This document shows positions 1-12,447 of a stretch of 64,000 nt of DNA, in pieces. Origin of the DNA: Callorhinchus milii (lineage: Eukaryota); contig NW_024704742.1 of the NCBI RefSeq assembly GCF_018977255.1, positions 89,778,001-89,842,000 of the forward strand. Direction: 5' to 3'. The number at the start of each line of letters is the position of its first letter. Positions within the stretch are counted from its first letter, which is position 1. Under the pieces are notes generated by a model, which worked only from the letters and a program-made list of their open reading frames with translations, was not told where the DNA came from and made no database searches. A program made the translations under genes and the position numbers.

Positions 1-728
1 TTTTTTTAAAATTCCAAATACATCCTCAAAGGATGCCATTAAGGGCATCAGCCAAGCATGGTGGTATGGTGACTGAATAGAAACAGTCTGGATGTACTCA
101 GTCCAACTTTCCATTGTGCTGGAACACAACGCCGCAAATCCTCAGGTTAGTTCCAATGCTTGAAAGCCTATCCTAGGGGACTCTTCCAATTTCATGCTAT
201 GTGCTGCCCTTAAGTTGATCCAGTGCATTGCTCTTCTCACCTCCTACAGTTTACCTCCAGGGATAGCATCACAAGGACTAGTGAATGGGTAGTGAAAACA
301 GAATCCAGCTGCTCCATGCAGTAAGAAATGAAGTAGTCACAGGGGAATATTTCCTCAGGTCACCCAAGCATGACATTACTTATGTCAGTTGTAGCTCCAT
401 ATTGCTGAAAGATAGTGGCATTGACATCAACTGCTTTCAACTTCTTCTGCTGCACAAAGTGCAGATCCATAGGTATTTGTAACCACATGACCATCCTAGT
501 TTTCCAGTGACCATTGAATGGGACTCAAGGTCTTTTTTCCTGCAGTGGAAGTAATGCAACACTTTCACCTCCCGGAACATCTGATCTTTCCAAGATTTTT
601 CCATGTACCCACTAAAGCATCATTCATGTCCGTGACTGCCGCTGTTTTCTTCTGAAGAGTGTGCACCAAAATTGCTCTACGTGAATTATTGACTTTTTGC
701 TAACATTCAGTCAAGCTTTAATCTTCAA
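1..728 (-). pseudogene. RNF213-like exon remnant, C-terminal domain
   Basis: RRAILVHTLQ..ALVGTWKNL ~ QRDLVKQFQ..FLSTWNKL; VALLPLQE ~ EILLPRRR; ALELT*GFAAL..WTEYIQTV ~ VEVTLGFLST..NVYTQDIL. Contains stops and frameshifts. Confidence 0.6.
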
Positions 729-961
729 CTTGCAGAAAAAAGTCCAGTTTTCTAGACATAACAATCAATGCACTATCACAGACGTTTTAGCACATATATT
801 GGCATAAATCATATCAATGGTACTTCCAAAATAATTCAACAACTTGTATTTATGTAGGACCGTTTATGCCGGACAGCTTTTCGAGCACTTAACATTGGAG
901 GAGGCAGAATGCCAAGCTGGGGGTAGGGAGAACAGGAAGGTCATCAGTTGTGATCTATATT

Positions 962-1412
962 TTTTTTGGTCAGCTTGGTGTCTGACACCCGCAGAAACCT
1001 ATCACCATGCGTAAGTGAATCCAATCCAAGCTGAGATTTCTATGCATCCCACCTGCACATGGAAATCCCAGAGATCGATTGTTGGAATGGAATGCGCACT
1101 CGCTCTTACTGTTGGAGTCTAACCAGCTAAAACCATATAGCTTGCCATTGATAGTGTTGTCTGGCTAGCTTTCCCGCTGCTTGTCCAGCTAGAACCAACC
1201 TACCTGTTAGGGCTTTGGCTTGCAGTGTTAACAGGAGCTGAGTGGGATTGACTCCCTGCCCCCAGGGACTGGTCAAATTCCTCTTTGCTGATGAGCCAGG
1301 CTGACTGTACTGTCATCAGTAGTGCCTGAATACTGCCCAGCTGGCTCAGGAAGCAGTCTACCGAGACCGCCACAGAGGGCTGGCACCATTCCGACATTCC
1401 ACTGCCAGGCAT
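962..1412 (-). repeat. Unclassified interspersed repeat, copy 1
   Basis: Reverse complement aligns with 47289-47815 (e.g. ccctctgtggcggtctcggtag, ctgatgacag.acag.cagcctggctcat, gcattccattccaacaat). Confidence 0.8.
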
Positions 1413-1469
1413 ATCATCTTGGAGCCAGTTCAGCTCAAAGAAGACCCCACTTATCTCCCAAGGAGTCCT

Positions 1470-1798
1470 GTGGAGTCCTGTAGCTCAGTGGTTAGAGCAC
1501 TCGCTTTGCAAGTGAGAGACCCGAGTTCAATTCCAGGCAGGGCGAAACCTTGGGCAAGTTTCCTTACTCCACATGCCTAATAAAATAATCCCTCCAAAAA
1601 ACCAAAAACAATAATAAATTGGGTCATTTTCAATCTATGACTGTTTGTGGGACATTGCTGTGCGCATTTGGCTGCCGAGTTCGCCCACATATATACAGTC
1701 AATTCACTTTACAGTGTGTTCTGTGAAGCGCTTTGGGACGTCCTCCCGACGTGAAAAGCGCTATATCAAATGCAAGGATTATTATTATTATTATTATT
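1470..1798 (+). mobile_element. tRNA-derived SINE, full length
   Basis: A box (tagctcagtgg), B box (gagttcaattcc), central core, L2-like 3' tail and (ATT)n; many copies in the window. Confidence 0.92.
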
Positions 1799-2676
1799 AA
1801 GGAGGATAGAGTCGTGATCCAGAAGAGGGGAAGTAAGCGGCAAGGCGGAGAGATTGGTGGAGAGAGTTCCAAAGCTTCAGGATATTATCAAAATGTAGGA
1901 AAATCCACTTTGAAGCTTGTTTTTACAAGTATAGGTTAAATTGTAAAATTGAAATAGTGCTAGAGAGCAGATATTTGAGGAGTACACTTGTGTGTGAGAG
2001 AAAATTACTTAGAATTTGGAGTTTTTCCAACTAGTCATGTTGAGTTATACATCTCACACAACGAACTCCTCTTTTCCCTGAACATAAATCACTTATTATG
2101 AGAAATTCTAATCATGGAGATACAGCTCTTTAAAACTCATAATTTTTTTTGCAACCCCCTTTGTAAGACTCAATGCAACTCTTCAAATATATTAAAATGA
2201 TACAAGGCATACATCTCATCAGCCAAAATGATGGAAATACAATATTTGCATTTTTACTTGAAGCGTGTAACTCTCAGGTTAGCTTGGCTTTGCTCCACTA
2301 CTAAATTACAGTGTCACCATTGATAAAGTACTGGCCAATTAATAGTTGCACAAGTTCATTTTGAATTCATTTATTCCATTATATGTACTCAGAAATTATA
2401 AATGAGCAAGTTGGGACTTTTAAATGAAAATTGATAGGCTGATAAACATTCCGACAAAAAGAAGCACTCAACAATGTGCAAATCACCATGCACATTAAGT
2501 CAGACTAGTTAATTGACTACTGACACTAATTAATGGCTACATTCTCATTATCTGAATAAATCCATTATTATAATTAATAGGATTATGCATCAAGACTACC
2601 AAAAGTGCCAGGAATGGTAAGAGCTTTGCAGAATTAGTACTATCAATGATCAACATGCTTACTGTACTTTCCTTAC

Positions 2677-2864
2677 ATATTTTATCCGCCTCTCAACCTT
2701 TTTCTCCGCAGAATACTATTGATCATCATTCTGTGTGATTTCACAGGCTGTGCTACAAATCAAAACTCCAGATGATCTAGTGGTTTTTGCTTCCAGATGG
2801 CGGTCGGCAAATATTAATCTTTTAGAGCTGTCAGCTTGCATCTCTGTGGGACTTGTTTTCAAAC
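2677..2864 (-). pseudogene. RNF213-like exon remnant
   Basis: attag|..|gtaagg; PTAIWKQKPLDHLEF*..RRIKY ~ SKIWSCRKRITVEYL..LRLVKF. Confidence 0.6.
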
Positions 2865-3184
2865 CTAATGCGATTTTCAGTGTTTCAGCATGTAGAGATC
2901 AAAAAGAATGGGGTTTGGGTGAGGGGGATATCAACAGGGTCAGGTGTGAAGGAGACCACGGAATTGATTCGTATAAATGGACAGGTCCCAACTTATTAGT
3001 ATGTGGAGAAAGATGGGGCCAAGGGATATGGTGAAAGACACAAGTTTGTTTAATTAAATGTCTAATATCCCATTAGCAAGTATTGTTTGCCATGCTATTG
3101 TATTACTCTACTATCAGAATGGATTTACAAATTTCTTGCAATGGTGTGGTGAGTAAAAGCACCATCCATGCTTCATCAGATCAT

Positions 3185-3380
3185 CAGACCATAGAGCTCA
3201 GAAGATACAGTAAAGAGAGGGACCAGGAAAAAGCAGAGCCATGGAGATGTCCCAGGGTGAAGGGATGCTGGAAAAGCATGGGATGGGAAACAGTGACAAA
3301 AGTGGCAGAGAGATCAAGGAGGACAAGGAGGTACAGGGAACCCTGGTCATAGACAGAAAGGATGTAGTCAGATTGGAGAG
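3185..3380 (-). mobile_element. Old L2 RT fragment
   Basis: DQGSLYLLVLLDLSATF. Confidence 0.7.
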
Positions 3381-3473
3381 ACTCATGCAGGGGAAAAAGT
3401 TTTGAACTTCCTTCCCTCCACAACACACACACATATATATATATTTAGTAAACCATTCAACGTTCGAATTAAC

Positions 3474-3864
3474 CCTCTGTGCAAAAGGATTCTTCAGACC
3501 AACAGAGTGTGATCTTAAGAATTGAGTCTGTTCCATTCATCTAAACTGTAAACTGATGTTAAGAATGATGGGCAACTTTCATTTGGTTTCATGAATACAA
3601 TAGTGCTAGTGCTCATCCTTCTATCTAGAGTAATCCTCAAGTACTAAGCTTCTCCTTCTCGACACACAGACCATGGCTTTGATAGGGTTGTGTTGCACAA
3701 TTGCCCTTCTTTGCAATAGTAAATCCTCAGCGTCTGGAAGGATAATCTCAGCCATCTCCTCAACGAACCATTCGAAAATGTTGGCAATTTTTACGGTAAA
3801 AGAATACAGATTGAACAGAACCAATTTTGAGCATGTCAATACTGAGGGCATTAACTGTTCTCTG
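3474..3864 (-). pseudogene. RNF213-like exon remnant (3' boundary uncertain)
   Basis: cacag acceptor in phase with the preceding exon; SKLVLFNL..EWFVEEMAEIILPDAEDL..HNPIKAMV ~ VHLVLRRL..NWEKEIAAVISPELEHL..SNPVAKII. Confidence 0.65.
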
Positions 3865-4323
3865 CTGTGATTAAAAAAATGTCAACATAAAAGAGTTGAT
3901 ATAAGTATCAGTCTCTTACTGGTATATTTCTATCATTATTTATTTTGAACCAAAGCAAATAGGGATTCTTACATGAAGGATACTTGCAAGAAATGACAAT
4001 AACATTAGTAACTCTAAGGTTAAACTGAACAGTCAGTAACTGTAAGACTAAACTGAACCAAGCAGTTTTCTGACCCCTCTAGATATTAAAATTAAATTAT
4101 TTATTATTTAAAATGTATTCAAAATTGTAAATAGATACATTATGTTTCAGTGATAGCGCTTCAATAACAAGCAATCAGCCCATCACTTTGAAGTAATAAC
4201 TTGCAATTTGTTTTATACCTAGGTAGGTGTCTTTAAGATCTATCAAATGGACTTCCAACTATGTATTTACATTGTGATAAATATATGGCTCTTGAAAAAT
4301 GCTGTCTGGAGTCTGTTACTTAC

Positions 4324-4425
4324 CAGATGAATCTATTTTCCAACTCTCTCATTTCTTTTTTATACATTTCAGCAACTTGCTTTGCACTTCTAAGCTCATC
4401 CAAACTTGCCTTCTTTAACCTGGCT
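4324..4425 (-). pseudogene. RNF213-like exon remnant (102 nt, open frame)
   Basis: tttgcag|..|gtaagt; ARLKKASLDELRSAKQVAEMYKKEMRELENRFI. Confidence 0.65.
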
Positions 4426-4529
4426 CTGCAAACAAAGAATTTGTATTTCATTAGTTTACTCACTCTTAAAGTAATATTTTAAAACGTTTTTAATGAGGTA
4501 GAATAAGTGAGACAGGTGCTCTCTCATGA

Positions 4530-4744
4530 TGAATAATAATAATCCCTCCAAAGCAAAAAAAATAATAAATTGGTCATTTTCAATCTACGACTATTTGTGG
4601 GACATTGCTGTGCGTAATTGGCTGCCGCGTTCGCCCACAAATATACAGTCAATTCACTTTACAGTGTGTTCTGTGAAGCGCTTTGGGACGTCCTCCCGAT
4701 GTAAAAAGCGCTATATCAAATGCAAGGATTATTATTATTATTAT
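4530..4744 (+). mobile_element. SINE, 5'-truncated
   Basis: Matches 1580-1798. Confidence 0.9.
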
Positions 4745-5268
4745 GAACTAATCTTAAAACCTACTTCTTCAACAATGCTTCTGTTACCTCCACCCATCCC
4801 TTTCTCTCCCATCATCATGAAATACTCTAAGAGTTATCTTAAGTGAAGGCACTGTGTAAATGCAAGTTGTTGTTATAATTGTTAAAAATAATCAAGCTAA
4901 CCAATTATCATACCATATAAATACTGGGACTGTCTGCTGAGCAAACTCCACAAAAGAATAATGCACCAGGCTTGATTATTCAACTATAGATAGAAGATTT
5001 CTGGGTGTCAAATCATTACTTAGTTAAGAATCGCATCCTCAAATAGATCAAGTTCTAGACAGTGCTGTTGAACCTGATGGCTCTGTACCTCAGATTTAAA
5101 ACATCTTAATCACTGTGACATGCAGTAGGAGTTTACAATGGAGTTTAAACACATAGAGTTTACAAGGACAGGGATTTTTTTCTCTATCCATTGATGATTC
5201 AGCTTTACTGCCACCACCTCAACTCATCTTCACCACCAGAAAGAAGTCTCTGTTGGTAACACTTTCAC

Positions 5269-5966
5269 CTGATCTGTTCAGATGTTTCAGTGTCTAAAGG
5301 GGCATCTGACCCAGGAGTGAAGTTCAGCCAGATGTAAAAAGGCCACGTTAATTCTTCTCCTGCCCTAACGCATTCCACACAGGAGTATCCTGCCTGCTTG
5401 GGCATGACAGCACACAACAGGATTTTTATTTTAAAATTGATCTTCACATAGGCAGGACCGCATCAAGGACAGTTCCAGCATTTGCTCTCAGGACAATCGC
5501 TTTCGAAAACACATTAGCAGCACTTTTTCAGTCGACGAGTCACGGCAGTGGTACATTTCCTAGCAAAAAGATAAATTATTAGAAAAAGCAGGATCTGCTC
5601 TTTCACGGGTGGGAGACGATAGACAGTCCTCCCCAAATCTTTTCTTTTGCCCTCCTTTTGTCTTTTGCAATTTAGTAGAAAGCAATCCATTGAGGAAATT
5701 GTAGAGAAGTCTCATCACACAAAACATGGCATTGCTTAAATTGTTAGAACCGCTCAATCTAAGGCAGATTGGGTCTGTCGTTTCGTTCCACTAAGGAGCA
5801 CTTGCCATTTCTGTTTCGTGGTTTCATTGTTAAAGATCCATAGGTCATTTTGAAATTGTTAAAACTTCCAAGTCCAATCAAATGAACAAATCTATAGGCC
5901 GCACAACTGCCTCACTCAATGGCTTCAAGAGAGAAAAAAAATCTCTATTACAGATAGCAAATCAAT
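5269..5966 (-). pseudogene. RNF213-like exon remnant including a decayed RZ-finger region
   Basis: RPIDLFI ~ GQMDRYL; TVLDAVLPM ~ TMAHAFLPTM; SCPS../GYSCVECVRAGEE ~ TCPNGHPCSVGECGRPMEQ (frameshifted); donor ag|gtgaaa. Confidence 0.6.
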
Positions 5967-6042
5967 CTGCACACACACAATTCCACAGTGGAAAATAAAG
6001 ATCACTTTAACAGCTATAGGGAACTGTCAAGACAAAAAATAC

Positions 6043-6659
6043 CTGAAGGACAAGACTACACAGTGACAAATAAATCGTCAGATTACAACATATTGCATGA
6101 AATCCCCATTGTCAGCATTATTTTCGACAGGAGGTTGTCATTTTAAAAGGAGTTATTGATTACTGCATTTCTGTCCTTTATGGTGTAAATCCCATCATTG
6201 CATATTTGCAACACATGTGGATCTTTGTATGGTATGCCGAGTGCAGCATACCCAATGCAATAGTTTCTTTTCCACCACTATTCTTGCTTCCCCCACCAAT
6301 CCTCCATGTATAGAGATGAGATGCTGCACACAGAGTCACAAAAAAATTAAACGCTTCCACATAGATATGACATTGAAACACCACAGGCAGAGAGGAATGT
6401 AAAACATGAAGGTGAAAAATCATATTCAGGCATTTACGAGACGGAAGGAAAAGTCTTGACGTTGAAGAGGTGACACGTAAACAAACTCGTACATTTCGGG
6501 TTGAATTTTCAGAGTGCAAACTGATTTCAGATTTCCCAGAACAGCGTATCAGCAGTCAGTCCTGCACCAGAAAATGACAAATGAGTGCTGCTTAATATTT
6601 TGGCTGAACAGTTTTCTTCTTTCACAGAACCATTTCCAGCGCAGTAATGAGAGGACGGG
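6043..6659 (-). pseudogene. RNF213-like exon remnant (E3 module)
   Basis: ttttacag acceptor, cag|gtattt donor; LITALEMVL ~ FINCLEDSIL; RNVRVCL ~ ARIRLCL. Confidence 0.5.
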
Positions 6660-6993
6660 CTGTAAAAGGATGCAGTTTTGTATGGATGACAACCTTTCTA
6701 GGGCAAATGATTTGATACATACTTTGTTTATCTGGTACGTATTCAGTGGTTAAAATGATTAATTGAACCTATTACACGTTAGTCATACGTGGTTAGGCTA
6801 AGAAGGAAATACTATTTCTTTCCAGTGATTCATTGCATATACAGAGCACTATGACACGTTCAAAAAAAAAGCAGGTCTGCTAAAAATAGCATTTCATAAA
6901 TCACACCAAGAAGCTAATTTTACATTTTCCACCCCTACATTTGCAGATTTGTCCAATTACCATAAAAACTACATAATCTTACAAGTATCCCAC

Positions 6994-7270
6994 CTGCTTC
7001 TCCTGCCATATGTTACTTCCTTCCTCAGTAAGCTGTTGCTTGAGGCATAGACCTTCCTTCAAGCTTCTTATCTTATTTTCTACTTCAGCTCTTTCTTTCT
7101 GACCCAATTTTCTGAAAGATACCATCAGCAATCAAACTCACACCGTGCATGTTTTTGATTCAAAATCTTCATCTGTAATGAAGATCCCATTTGTTCTGGT
7201 ACTGTTGTCACACTGCAACAAATCCCCAGCTAACAATGAAGGAGACAACTGCAGATAAACGGCTTGTAAC
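6994..7270 (-). pseudogene. RNF213-like exon remnant
   Basis: attag|..cag|gtggga; one frame with two TGA: LQAVYLQL..DFESKTCTV*V*LLMVSFRK ~ VVDKTPVIRSVILKLLLK. Confidence 0.6.
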
Positions 7271-7621
7271 CTAATTGAAAAGACTTGCAAAACTTCAACG
7301 GATTTAATTTTGTTTAATAAAAAATCATCAGGGAGTGCAAGTACATTAACCCCCTTCCAGTGCTAAATTCTCTTGGCAGAGTATAAGGTACTAACATATG
7401 TAGAAGAAAAAACTTTTTATAGCACTATTTGTTGAATGTCTCAAACGGCTTCACGGTAATTACGATCATGCTTGGAGGCTGGTTTTGTAGTTAATCACAG
7501 CGGCAGCTACTTTTTGGGCTCTGTAAAATTCTACCTACAGCTATGGGGTGAATATTCAACTAATGTGGTGGGCTGTTGACACCGGGAGAAACTCTGCAAA
7601 GTTTATAACCCTGTAATGGTT

Positions 7622-8205
7622 ACAGTCTTGTAACTCAGTGGTTAGAGCACTTGCTTCGCAATGCTAGAGGACGTGGGATCGGGCAGGGCAAAACATTAGA
7701 CAAGTTTCCTTATTCCACACACCTCTGTTTACCTGGCAGTAAGTCGGAATCTGGTAGCTAGTCAATTGGCGAATCGCTTCTCCGGGGATAATAATCCCTT
7801 CCAATAAAAATGAAATAATAATTTGGTCACTCGATCCACAACTGTTTATGGGACACTGCTGCATTTCACCCACAAAACATACAATCAATTCAATTTACAG
7901 TATATTCTGTGAAGCGCATTGAGATGCCTCGAAGATGTGATAAGGTGTTATATCAAATGCAAGAAATGTTATCATAATAATAATACTAGCATTTGATAGA
8001 GTGCCTTATCACTTTTGAGGGACAAAATTTGTTCTTTTTGAAGTGATTGTTACCCCCAGAAAGTGATCCACCAATCGACTGACAAACAGGTTCCTACTTA
8101 CTACTAGGTAAACAGAGTCGTGTGGAATAAAAAAACTTGCCCAAGGTTTTGCCCAACCCAGGAATCAAACCTGAGTCCTCTCACTTGCAAGGTGAGCGTG
8201 CTGCC
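7622..8205. mobile_element. Two SINE copies tail-to-tail (+ 7622-7985, - 7980-8205)
   Basis: Same family, longer subfamily variant. Confidence 0.8.
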
Positions 8206-10999
8206 TGTAAACAAGAACAAACTACACTTGTATAGCACCCTTCACGTCATAAAGAGCATTGGACAATCATAGGTTTTGGACCCAAACTGGGAGTTGGGGT
8301 CGGAGTGGCAGGAGGGCAGGTGAGGTGAGTGTAGGAGGGTGGCTGAAGGCATGGTCGAAGAGGAAGGCTTTCAGATGGACCTTGAAGGAGCCAAGAGAGG
8401 GGGGGAGGCGGAGAGATTGCTGGACAGAGTTCCAGAGTGTGGGGAGAGAGATGCTGAATGCTCGAATGGTGGGGCAGGAATTGCAAGGGACCTGAAGCAG
8501 GGCGGTGTCTGCTGAGCGGAGAGAGCAGACAGGTTGATATGGGATTATGAGGTTAGAGATGTAGGGGTGGAGCAAGACCATGGAGGGCCTTGAAGGTAAG
8601 AACAAGGGTTTTGTACTCGATTCTCTGAGGAATTGAGAGCCAGTGAAGTCAGCCAAGAATGGGGCTGATAGGTTCCCAGAGCCTGGTGTGGGAGAGGACG
8701 TGAGCTGCAGAGTTTAAATAATCTGCACCTTGTGGACACAAGAGTTGGGAAGTCCAGTGAGCTGAAAGTTGGCGTAGTCAAGCTGGGACGTAATGAAAGC
8801 GTGGATCAGGGTGTCGGCGGCCTGTGGTGAGAGTCAGTGGCAATTGTGCGGAGGTTTGGAAAGGCGGAACAAATGTGGGGTTCGAAGGATAGCTGAGGGT
8901 TGAAAAGGACAAATTTCGGATTGACTCAGTGAGGTGAACAGTGCAGCCATGAATGGTGATAGAGTCAGTGACTGAGGTGAGGAGGTGCTGCCAGGAGCCA
9001 AACAACAGAGCCTTGCCAATATTGAGCTGGAGGAAGTTGGCTCTCATCCAGGACTTGATGTCAAACAGACAATTAGCCAGGACATCAACGGTCCTGGAGT
9101 CGAGGGTGAGGTGGCGAGAGTTGGGTGTAATCCAGAGAGATGTGAAAATTAACCCCATGCCCGTGGATGACATTGTCGAGCGGGAGCATAAATTGATTGA
9201 AGAGTAGGGGACCGAGGACAGAGCCCTGAGGGATGCCACACATGACAGTGCGGGGGCTAGAGGAGAAGCTGTTGGTGGCCACGAAGTGCAGACAGTGGGA
9301 AAGATAGGATTGGAAGCAGGCAAGCATAGAACCATTGCGGTGGAGGTGAGAAGAGAGTCAATGGAGAAGAATCGAGTGGTCAACAGTATCTAAAGCATCC
9401 GAGAGGTCGAGAAGGATGAAGAGACAGAGAGAGGCCTGGTCGCAGGTGGACAGAATGTAATTTGTCACTTTGACCAGGGATGTCTCTGTGCTGTGAGCAG
9501 CACGAAACCCAGATTGGAGGGGTTCATGGAGGTAATGATGGGAAAGGAAAAGTGAAGCTGGAAAACAATGACTCATTTCATGACCTTTGATAGAAAAGGA
9601 AGGTTGAAATGGGATGGTAGTTGGAGAGCAGAGATGAGTCAAGGGAAGGTTATTTGAGGGTAGGGGTGATGACAGCTTTTTGAGGGTCCAGTGGCAGTGG
9701 ACAGGGTGAGGTTAATGATGTCTTTTAGTATGGGAGCAAAGAGGTGGAGCTGGGAGGAGAGCGGTAGTGATTGGATTAAGGGAGCAGGTGATGGCTTTCT
9801 TACGGGAAATGATGGAGGTGAGCGAAGAGGGTGAGACAGAGGGATGGCCGAGAGGGAGTTGTTTAGAAGGGTGACCGAGGAGAGTAGGTCAAAAGTGTGG
9901 AAAGTGGGAATGGCGGGGGGTTGGAGAGGAGATGGCGGGAGAGGGGCTAGAGGCTGCAGAGCAGATCCTCTCAACTTTGGACTCAAGGAAATCCATCATC
10001 TCCTTGCATCTGGTGTTGATGGAAAGGATGGCAGAGGCACGGGAGGGTGGACGGGGGACTTGTTTTTTTCGTAGAAAAGAGGAGTCTGGAATTGCCCTTA
10101 GCTTCCAAGATAATTTTGGAATAAAAGGATGATTTAGCTGAGGTGAGGGCAGAGTGGTAGGTCTTAGCACAGTCCTGCCAGATCTGACGGTGAACTATTA
10201 ATTTGGATTTGTGGCAGGTGCATTTGGTGCAGCGCACTTGCGATTTGAGGGAGTGGAGGGAGCTGGTGTACCAGGGAGATTTGTGTGTGTCGGAGGCGGT
10301 GCAGGAGATGACGGCGGCAAGCATGTCGAGGATGGCCGAGAGAGCTGTTTAGAAGGGTGACCAAGGAGGGTAGGTCATTGCAGGAGGAGGGCCAGAGGGG
10401 TAGTTCAGATACTTCCAGGGCAACTGAGAGGACATGGAGGGGGATTTTTCTCCAGAGGCAATAGGAGACGCACGCAAAGTGGGTGGCGGAGGGGGATGGA
10501 GAAGTTAAGGGAGATTAAATAGTGATCTGAAAAGTTTTTGCCAGTGATAGTGACATCAGAGATGGTAAGGCCCTGGGGATCACCAGGTCCAGTTGGTGGC
10601 CATGGATGTGAGCGGCGGAGTTGTTGTGGAAAGCGAGTTTGTGAAAAGAGAGAAGGGAGGAGAAGTCAGCGGCTGTGGAGCAAGAGGGGGTGAAGTGGAG
10701 GTTAAAGTCGCCCAAGGTGATCAGACGTTCAGAACAGACACAGAGGCAAGACAGGAGGGTGGAGATGTCAGAGAGGAAAGTGGAGGAGGATTTGGGGGAC
10801 GATAGATGAGGAGGATTTTTAAGGAGAGACTGGAAGAATGGTAGAGAGTAAGGTGCTCAAATGAGGAGAAGGATCCAGAGGAGTAAGAGAATAGACCCAG
10901 TGAGGACCTGAAGATGAAGGCCACAGCACAGCCACAATGGTTGGGTTGAGAGGCATGACAGAATGTATAGCCAGGTGGCATGGCCTCAGCAAGGGGGAA

Positions 11000-11318
11000 A
11001 ATAATAATAATAATAATCCTTCTATTTGATATAGCGCTTTTCACGTCTTCTAGATGTCGCAAAGCGCTTCACAGAATATACTTTAAAGTGAATTGATTGT
11101 ACATTTGTGGACAAAACGCAGCAACCAATTGCATACAGCAGCATCTCACAAACAGTGGTAGATTGAAGTGACAAATTTATTATTGTTTTTTTCTTGAGGG
11201 ATTATTATCAGGTGTGTGGAGTGAGGAAACTTGCCCAAGGTTTTGCTCAGCCGGGAATCAAACCCAGTTCTCTTGCTTGTGAGGCGAATGCTCTAACCAC
11301 TGAGCTGCAGGACTCCAC
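11000..11318 (-). mobile_element. SINE nested in L2
   Basis: Full-length copy splitting the L2 APE sequence PGD|FPLAEA. Confidence 0.9.
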
Positions 11319-11394
11319 ATGTCGCCTGGAGTGATTCAGGTTTCAGTGAGAGCAAGGATGTTAATTTTTTCATCCACAGTGAGTTCACGGACAG

Positions 11395-11445
11395 GGCTTT
11401 ATTAGACAGTGAAGGCTTTATTAGACAGTGAAGGCTTTATTAGAT
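11395..11445. repeat. 19-bp tandem repeat GGCTTTATTAGACAGTGAA x2.6 inside L2
   Basis: Direct reading. Confidence 0.85.
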
Positions 11446-11474
11446 AGAAAGTGGCGAGTGCAGAACAGGGGCAG

Positions 11475-12201
11475 AAATAGTGTTGCAGCACTCAAAGGTA
11501 AAGCTGAATGCTGCTAATAAAGTCCGATCAAACTCCATTTTTATAAAATTTGTGGAGCTGATGAGAGTTCTTATTTTAAAGGGCTGTGCTCCATAATCCG
11601 AACCTTGACTAAGCTTCAGTCAGGGACAGGCGGGTAAAAACATTCTGTTTATGTAATGTGATCAGCAAAAGCAAACAGGGGGAATGGAATATCCCTTCAA
11701 CATAGCCAATATCCATGAAATATGAAACACAATTGAAAAGGGGTGGGTGTTCAAATTAACATCATAAAATATGCCTTGCAAAGCAAAGGTATTTGTCTGT
11801 ATTGCCGAATAATCCAGAAATGTTCCAAAGACACATTTGCCTCCTCTGCTCTTTTGGTGTTCCTGTGTTTTATCGTTTAAGATGTTGGCAGTGACAGATT
11901 ACTCCAATCTCCAGTGAGATCATGAATTTATTGTTGCCAAAATCCCATTGTCCTCATTCGAACCACAGAGATTCTGCACAAGATGCCTGGTGCCGGGTTT
12001 CACATAACAAATGATTTCAAAGCAGAAAACACAAACACAGGGGAGTGAGGAACACATCACGAGAATCTATGACATATCTGGATGGAAGACATTGGAGACG
12101 GGAAAGTAGCTGTGAGCAAAGGTGAATTCTTATTGTAATGTGCTCGCAATGCCCACCCAAAGTTTAAAATAAAATAAAAGGAACCATTCTGCAATTTCCA
12201 A
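11475..12201 (-). pseudogene. RNF213-like exon remnant (AAA core), truncated by L2
   Basis: gttcag acceptor; GTRHLV ~ ESRYLL; GGKCVF..LQGIFYDVNLN ~ TGKMVL..LYESLYDALN; DIPFPL ~ HFPIPL. Confidence 0.5.
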
Positions 12202-12244
12202 CTGAACAAAAACAAGGTGTGAGAATGGTGGAAATCGACAAACA

Positions 12245-12447
12245 TTGGGGAGAAGGGATGCAGTTAGTTGGAGGGGGAGAGGTACAATGTGGGGGGGAAA
12301 GAGGGTGCAGTGTGTTTGGGGAGAATGGGGTGCAGTATGTTGAGGGAGAAGGGGGTGCAGTGTGTTGGGGGAGAAGGGGGTGCAGTGTGTTGGGGGAGAA
12401 GGGGGTGCAGTGTGTTGTGGGGAGAAGGGGGTGCAGTGTGTTGGGGA
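12245..12447. repeat. G-rich minisatellite, 25-bp unit TGCAGTGTGTTGGGGGAGAAGGGGG, about 6 good and 2 degenerate copies
   Basis: Direct reading; units start at 12306, 12331, 12356, 12381 and so on. Confidence 0.92.

Larger units (their letters stand above)
8211..11470 (-). mobile_element. Degenerate L2-clade LINE with a nested SINE
   Basis: [37 protein letters not shown] and a 3' tail at about 8211. Confidence 0.9.

Noticed and set aside
1470..1545. tRNA-like sequence with A/B boxes (also at other copies)
   Set aside because: It is the head of a multi-copy SINE that continues into core and tail, with no proper acceptor stem.
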